Shown piece by piece: positions 14,606 through 18,385 of a stretch of 18,385 nucleotides of DNA. Below the pieces are notes generated by a model. That model worked only from the letters and a program-made list of their open reading frames with translations. It made no database searches and was not told where the DNA came from. The DNA is taken from NCBI GenBank assembly GCA_050049995.1, contig JASFVE010000038.1:1-18385 (forward strand), given 5' to 3'. The number at the start of each line of letters is the position of its first letter. Position 1 is the stretch's first letter. The position numbers and the translations under genes were made by a program. This stretch comes from Chlamydiota bacterium (GTDB lineage Bacteria; Chlamydiota; Chlamydiia; Chlamydiales; SM23-39).

Positions 14606-14999
14606 ATTCCCCTTTCACTTCTTGCAGTTTTTTATCTTTTTTCTTTTTTTTGTCTTCAAGTTTATTTAGATGATCTGAAACTACTTCTATGTCATCGCCC
14701 TTTTTTCTGATTAAAAAAGGCTGTCCCCATCCGTCTACTAAAAGCTTATCCACATCTTTCGCAAGGCCTGATTCTTTAATAAACTCTCTAGAGTTAGTAA
14801 CAACTGTGTCTATATCATATCCATTAGCCACTTCTAAAAGAAGGATGTCTTTAATCTGCCTTATGCTCTCTTTAGTTTTAAATTCTTTACCTTTGTCGAG
14901 GCTTCCTTTGAGGTTATATCCGATGGCAGCACCAATTAAGCTTATTAAAAATATGACTATCATCATTTCTAGCAAAGAAACAGCTCTTTTTTTACACAT
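14595..14999 (-). CDS. gspG: Type II secretion major pseudopilin GspG-like
   Basis: MCKKRA|VSLLEMMIVIFLISLIG N-terminus and DGWGQPF (cf. GspG DPWGxPY). SD AGGAG at 15011-15007, 7 nt upstream. Follows gspF. Confidence 0.8.
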   Translation of the reverse strand: MCKKRAVSLLEMMIVIFLISLIGAAIGYNLKGSLDKGKEFKTKESIRQIKDILLLEVANGYDIDTVVTNSREFIKESGLAKDVDKLLVDGWGQPFLIRKKGDDIEVVSDHLNKLEDKKKKKDKKLQEVKGEFEF

Positions 15000-15012
15000 G
15001 CATTGACTCCTA

Positions 15013-16200
15013 TTAATAGTTCATAAATGAACTTACATCGGTTAATGGTAGCAAAACAGCGAGTAAAACCAAACCAACGATTGTACCTAAAACGAGTAAA
15101 ATAACCGGCTGTAAAACACTCGTTAAAAACAATAGGTTTTTTCTTAAATCTTCATCTTCAATGTCCGCTATTTGCCGCAGCATCTGAGGAAGCTTTCCAC
15201 TTTTTTCAGCAATTGCTACCATCCTTGACATCAATATCGGTACATAAGGAATTTTTAGGAGCTGCTCACTAAAGCTTTTTCCTTCTAAAATTTTTGATTC
15301 AATTTTTGCAAAGTGAGACTCTAAAAGTGGATGATCCATTACTTTTCGAGCTAAAGGCAAAGTTTCCATAAAAGACACGCCCCCTTCTAATAAGGAAGAC
15401 ATAGCACGGCAATACCGTATGAGAGCTGTTTTCTTTGTCAGTTTTCCTAAGACTGGTGCATTTAAAAGGACTTTCGAAAAGGCATTTTTTAAAGGACGAT
15501 AAAAAAATGAAATGCCAATCAGACAAAAAATAGTAAATAATGAAAAGAAAAAAAACTTTACATGTGCATTTAAAAAGGCACTAAGGTTCAAAATGAGCTT
15601 AGTAAAAAAATGTACATTTCTATCTTCAAAAAGATCCTTTAAGGTTGGTATGACAAAGAAAAATAAAGATAGTAAAATGACAAAGCTAAACCCCATCAAA
15701 ATTGCTGGGTAAATAAGAGTACTGATTACTTGTTTTTTTAAAGAAAGCTGCTTGGCAATTAATTCACTGGCCTCATGTAGGGCTTCAGCTAAATTTCCAG
15801 TTTGCTCAGAGTTTTTTACAATCGAGCGAAACAAAGGGTCAAAAAGGTTTGAAAAGCTTTCTAACGCTTTTGAAAAGGATATCCCTTTTTGTATTTGATC
15901 ACATAAATCAACAATAACTGGATGAATTTTCTGACTGCGATATTTTTCCTCCAATGCAACTAGTGACTCATATAAGGGCAATGAGGCGCTAAGTAGTTTA
16001 GCAAGCTCTCTGGAAAAACTTAAAATTTCTTTTAAAGAAAGGTTTTTTGTAAGTGCATTTTTTTTTAAAAGTGAGATATCTAAAGGAATCAGTTTTTTTT
16101 CAAAAAGCTTTTTTTGCACATCATTAATAGATGGTGCATCTAGAATCCCTTTTGATTTTTTCCCTTTTTCACTAATAGCTTTGTATTGATAGATTGGCAT
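15013..16200 (-). CDS. gspF: Type II secretion inner-membrane platform protein GspF
   Basis: MPIYQYKAI..KGKK.KG, FSRELAKLLSASLPL, EQTGNL, LIYPAIL, MVAIAEKSGKL, QPVILLVLG. Two GspF domains with 3 TMs. Confidence 0.95.
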   Translation of the reverse strand: MPIYQYKAISEKGKKSKGILDAPSINDVQKKLFEKKLIPLDISLLKKNALTKNLSLKEILSFSRELAKLLSASLPLYESLVALEEKYRSQKIHPVIVDLCDQIQKGISFSKALESFSNLFDPLFRSIVKNSEQTGNLAEALHEASELIAKQLSLKKQVISTLIYPAILMGFSFVILLSLFFFVIPTLKDLFEDRNVHFFTKLILNLSAFLNAHVKFFFFSLFTIFCLIGISFFYRPLKNAFSKVLLNAPVLGKLTKKTALIRYCRAMSSLLEGGVSFMETLPLARKVMDHPLLESHFAKIESKILEGKSFSEQLLKIPYVPILMSRMVAIAEKSGKLPQMLRQIADIEDEDLRKNLLFLTSVLQPVILLVLGTIVGLVLLAVLLPLTDVSSFMNY

Positions 16201-17705
16201 TATTCATCATTCATTCGGGTAACTCTTAAAATTTCCGCGCTTGTTGTTACCCCTTGTTTAATTAGACTTATTCCATTTTGCCTTAATGTTTTGACTTCTA
16301 TATTTTGTCTTAGGCTTTGAGAATCAGCAGTAGCTAGTATTTTTTCTTTCATGGGAAAGTCTATATTTAATAATTCATAAATAGCGCACCTTCCTTTATA
16401 TCCGCTATGGAAGCATCGACTACAGCCCTGTCCTTTAAAAAACCTTATAGGCACTTCAAAGTTTACCCCTAATTCAAGTAACTCTTCTGAACTAGGAAAA
16501 TAGGAAGTGCGACAATTAGGGCAGATTTTTCTTACTAATCTTTGCGCTAAAATACCTACTAAGGAAGAAGATAAAAGGTATTTTTCTATTCCCATTTCAG
16601 CTAAGCGTGTAACGGCTGAAGGAGCGTCATTTGTGTGTAAGGTAGACAAGACTAAGTGCCCCGTTAAAGAAGCTTGGATAGCAATTTCTGCTGTCTCTTT
16701 ATCTCTTATTTCTCCAATCAAAATGACATCCGGGTCCTGCCTCAAAATATGGCGAAGACCAGCAGAAAAAGTAAGGTCGATTTTGGGATTAACATTAATT
16801 TGAGCAATATTTGGCAGTTTGTATTCGACTGGATCTTCTATTGTCATAATGTTTTTTTCAGAGGCCTTAAGATCTAATAAGGCGCTATATAAAGTAGTTG
16901 TCTTTCCACTACCTGTAGGGCCTGTAACTAAAATAATCCCTTCTGGATAGCCAATCCATTTTTTTAAGTTTTTTAAGTCGGCTTCTGCAAGGCCTATATG
17001 ATCTAAGCCAAGTGCAATGTTGCCTTTATCTAAGATTCTTAAAACTACCCTTTCTCCAAAAATTGTAGGGATAGTGCTCACTCTAAAATCGATTTCTTTT
17101 TCTTTTAGCTTTATCTTGATGCGTCCATCCTGCGGAAGTCTCTGCTCTGCAATATCTAACATAGCTAAAACCTTAATCCTAGTGACAAGCTGGGCCTGCA
17201 TTTTCTTTGATGGGCTATACCTTTTTTGCAACACACCGTCTATTCTATAACGTACTGTAAGTTCATTTTCTTGAGGCTCAAAATGAATATCTGAGGCGCC
17301 TTTTCCTACAGCTTCTTGAAAAATGCGATTTAAAAACTGAATGACAGGGTTGTCCGATTTTTCTGCTAATAGGTCATATTCCTGAGAGTCAGTAGATCTA
17401 TCTTCTTTAGGGTTTTCTTTTTGATAACACCTTTCAATAGCTTCCTCTAAAATTTCAGAAGAACAAAAGCAGGGCTCTACTTGCTTATTCAAGTAAAAAC
17501 CAATGTCATGCATTGAATGTATGTTTAAAGGATCTGAAGTTGCCACTAAAATTTTTTCGGCAGTTTCATCAATGGGAAGAATTTTTTTTTCTTTGGCAAA
17601 AAGGTAAGGTACGCGCGTTATTCGTTCTTTAATAAAACGAAAATCCTCTAAATTTTCTAATGTCGTAATTGACAAAAGACTGGCTAATTGTTCTATGTCA
17701 TTCAT
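16200..17705 (-). CDS. gspE: Type II secretion ATPase GspE
   Basis: ASDIHFEP, RYRIDGVL, LDIAEQRLPQDG, Walker A GPTGSGKTT, TIEDPVE, LRQDPDVILIGEIRD, GHLVLSTLHTND, and tetracysteine CPNC...CSRC. Confidence 0.96.
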   Translation of the reverse strand: MNDIEQLASLLSITTLENLEDFRFIKERITRVPYLFAKEKKILPIDETAEKILVATSDPLNIHSMHDIGFYLNKQVEPCFCSSEILEEAIERCYQKENPKEDRSTDSQEYDLLAEKSDNPVIQFLNRIFQEAVGKGASDIHFEPQENELTVRYRIDGVLQKRYSPSKKMQAQLVTRIKVLAMLDIAEQRLPQDGRIKIKLKEKEIDFRVSTIPTIFGERVVLRILDKGNIALGLDHIGLAEADLKNLKKWIGYPEGIILVTGPTGSGKTTTLYSALLDLKASEKNIMTIEDPVEYKLPNIAQINVNPKIDLTFSAGLRHILRQDPDVILIGEIRDKETAEIAIQASLTGHLVLSTLHTNDAPSAVTRLAEMGIEKYLLSSSLVGILAQRLVRKICPNCRTSYFPSSEELLELGVNFEVPIRFFKGQGCSRCFHSGYKGRCAIYELLNIDFPMKEKILATADSQSLRQNIEVKTLRQNGISLIKQGVTTSAEILRVTRMNDE

Positions 17706-18385
17706 GAGCTAAATTGATCAAAAAGTAAATTTAAGCTGTCTTCAAACATTTTTTTCTTTTCAAGCTTTTTTGCCTGTTCAATCTTATGTAAAAAATCGGG
17801 CAAATCACCAGGTCTTCTCAACATTTCCTGTCTGCGCTTTATTCGTATTTCTTCCATAGGATCTTTTAAAATACGAGGAGTGATGAAAATAAACATTTCT
17901 GTATTGCTTTCGTTGGATTTATTTGTGCCAAACAATTTACCAATACCAGGAATATCTCCTAAAAAAGGAATCTTTTCTTGTGAAGATTCTTGGGTTTTTC
18001 TTTGAAGCCCCCCAATAATAATGGTTTCCCCATCAGGTATTCGGACTTCGTTTTCCACATGCCTTCGAGTAACTGGTGGCCTGTCATCTCTGCTCATTTG
18101 GGTTGTATCAAAAGTAATGTTCGTCTGCAAAGTAACAAATCCTTTCTCTTCTACTTGATGAATCATAGGAGTCATAACAATCGTCGTTCCATACTGGGCT
18201 CTTGTAAAGGACTTTTCTAAAGTGCCACGACTCGATGCTCCCTCCAGCTGTACAGCTCCATTATTGATAGAAATTTCTTCTACTAAAGAAATCGTAGCAG
18301 GAGTTTGATTGGTAGCCAAAACAGAAGGGGTTGCATGAATTTGAATATCATCCTGAGCAAGTAAAAGGCTAAAAGTTAAGTCAAA
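17702..18385 (-). CDS. gspD: Type II secretion secretin GspD, C-terminal part (5'-truncated by the window edge)
   Basis: The frame is open to the window end (FDLTFSLLLAQDDIQIHATPSVLATNQTPA...). Secretin motifs VRIPDGETIIIGGL, KIPFLGDIPGIGKLF and EMFIFITPRI. Overlaps the gspE start. Confidence 0.93.
   Translation of the reverse strand, partial: FDLTFSLLLAQDDIQIHATPSVLATNQTPATISLVEEISINNGAVQLEGASSRGTLEKSFTRAQYGTTIVMTPMIHQVEEKGFVTLQTNITFDTTQMSRDDRPPVTRRHVENEVRIPDGETIIIGGLQRKTQESSQEKIPFLGDIPGIGKLFGTNKSNESNTEMFIFITPRILKDPMEEIRIKRRQEMLRRPGDLPDFLHKIEQAKKLEKKKMFEDSLNLLFDQFSS

Noticed and set aside
521..18220. Short 61-105 aa alternative-frame or antisense ORFs (e.g. 521-709, 1302-1487, 2630-2815, 7113-7307, 11076-11348, 14689-15006, 16507-16803, 17990-18220)
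   Set aside because: All are nested in long, motif-supported genes and show no recognisable features.
1..18385. CRISPR arrays, tRNA/rRNA, IS elements, prophage or defence genes
   Set aside because: All intergenic gaps are about 100 nt or less, with no repeat-spacer pattern, cloverleaf, transposase, integrase or nuclease motifs.

Overview
AT-rich, densely coding bacterial DNA that looks like a core cell-envelope region of a Chlamydiota genome, probably an environmental lineage. This assignment is inferred from the exbD-tolA-tolB-pal-LysM gene order, the short gspD-E-F-G-pseudopilin cluster with non-Gly prepilin sites, and the presence of coaD. The + strand carries the 3' end of exbD/tolR, a TolA/TonB-like gene, tolB, pal, a coiled-coil LysM lipoprotein, an orphan OmpR/PhoB response regulator, a glycine-zipper lipoprotein, a 2-TM TPR protein, an 886-aa exported TPR protein, a membrane-anchored vWA protein, rsmD and coaD. 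The - strand carries the 3' part of gspD, gspE, gspF, gspG, a second pseudopilin and an 860-aa exported MORN_2/YwqK-repeat protein. I saw no mobile elements, RNA genes or CRISPR arrays. The most interesting observation is the vWA protein, whose N-terminal helix carries a TolA/TonB-type S-x3-H (SHLS-like) motor-coupling motif followed by a long linker. Together with the large TPR protein, it may form an uncharacterised ExbBD/TolQR-energised envelope module. This is a hypothesis and no homology searches were run.
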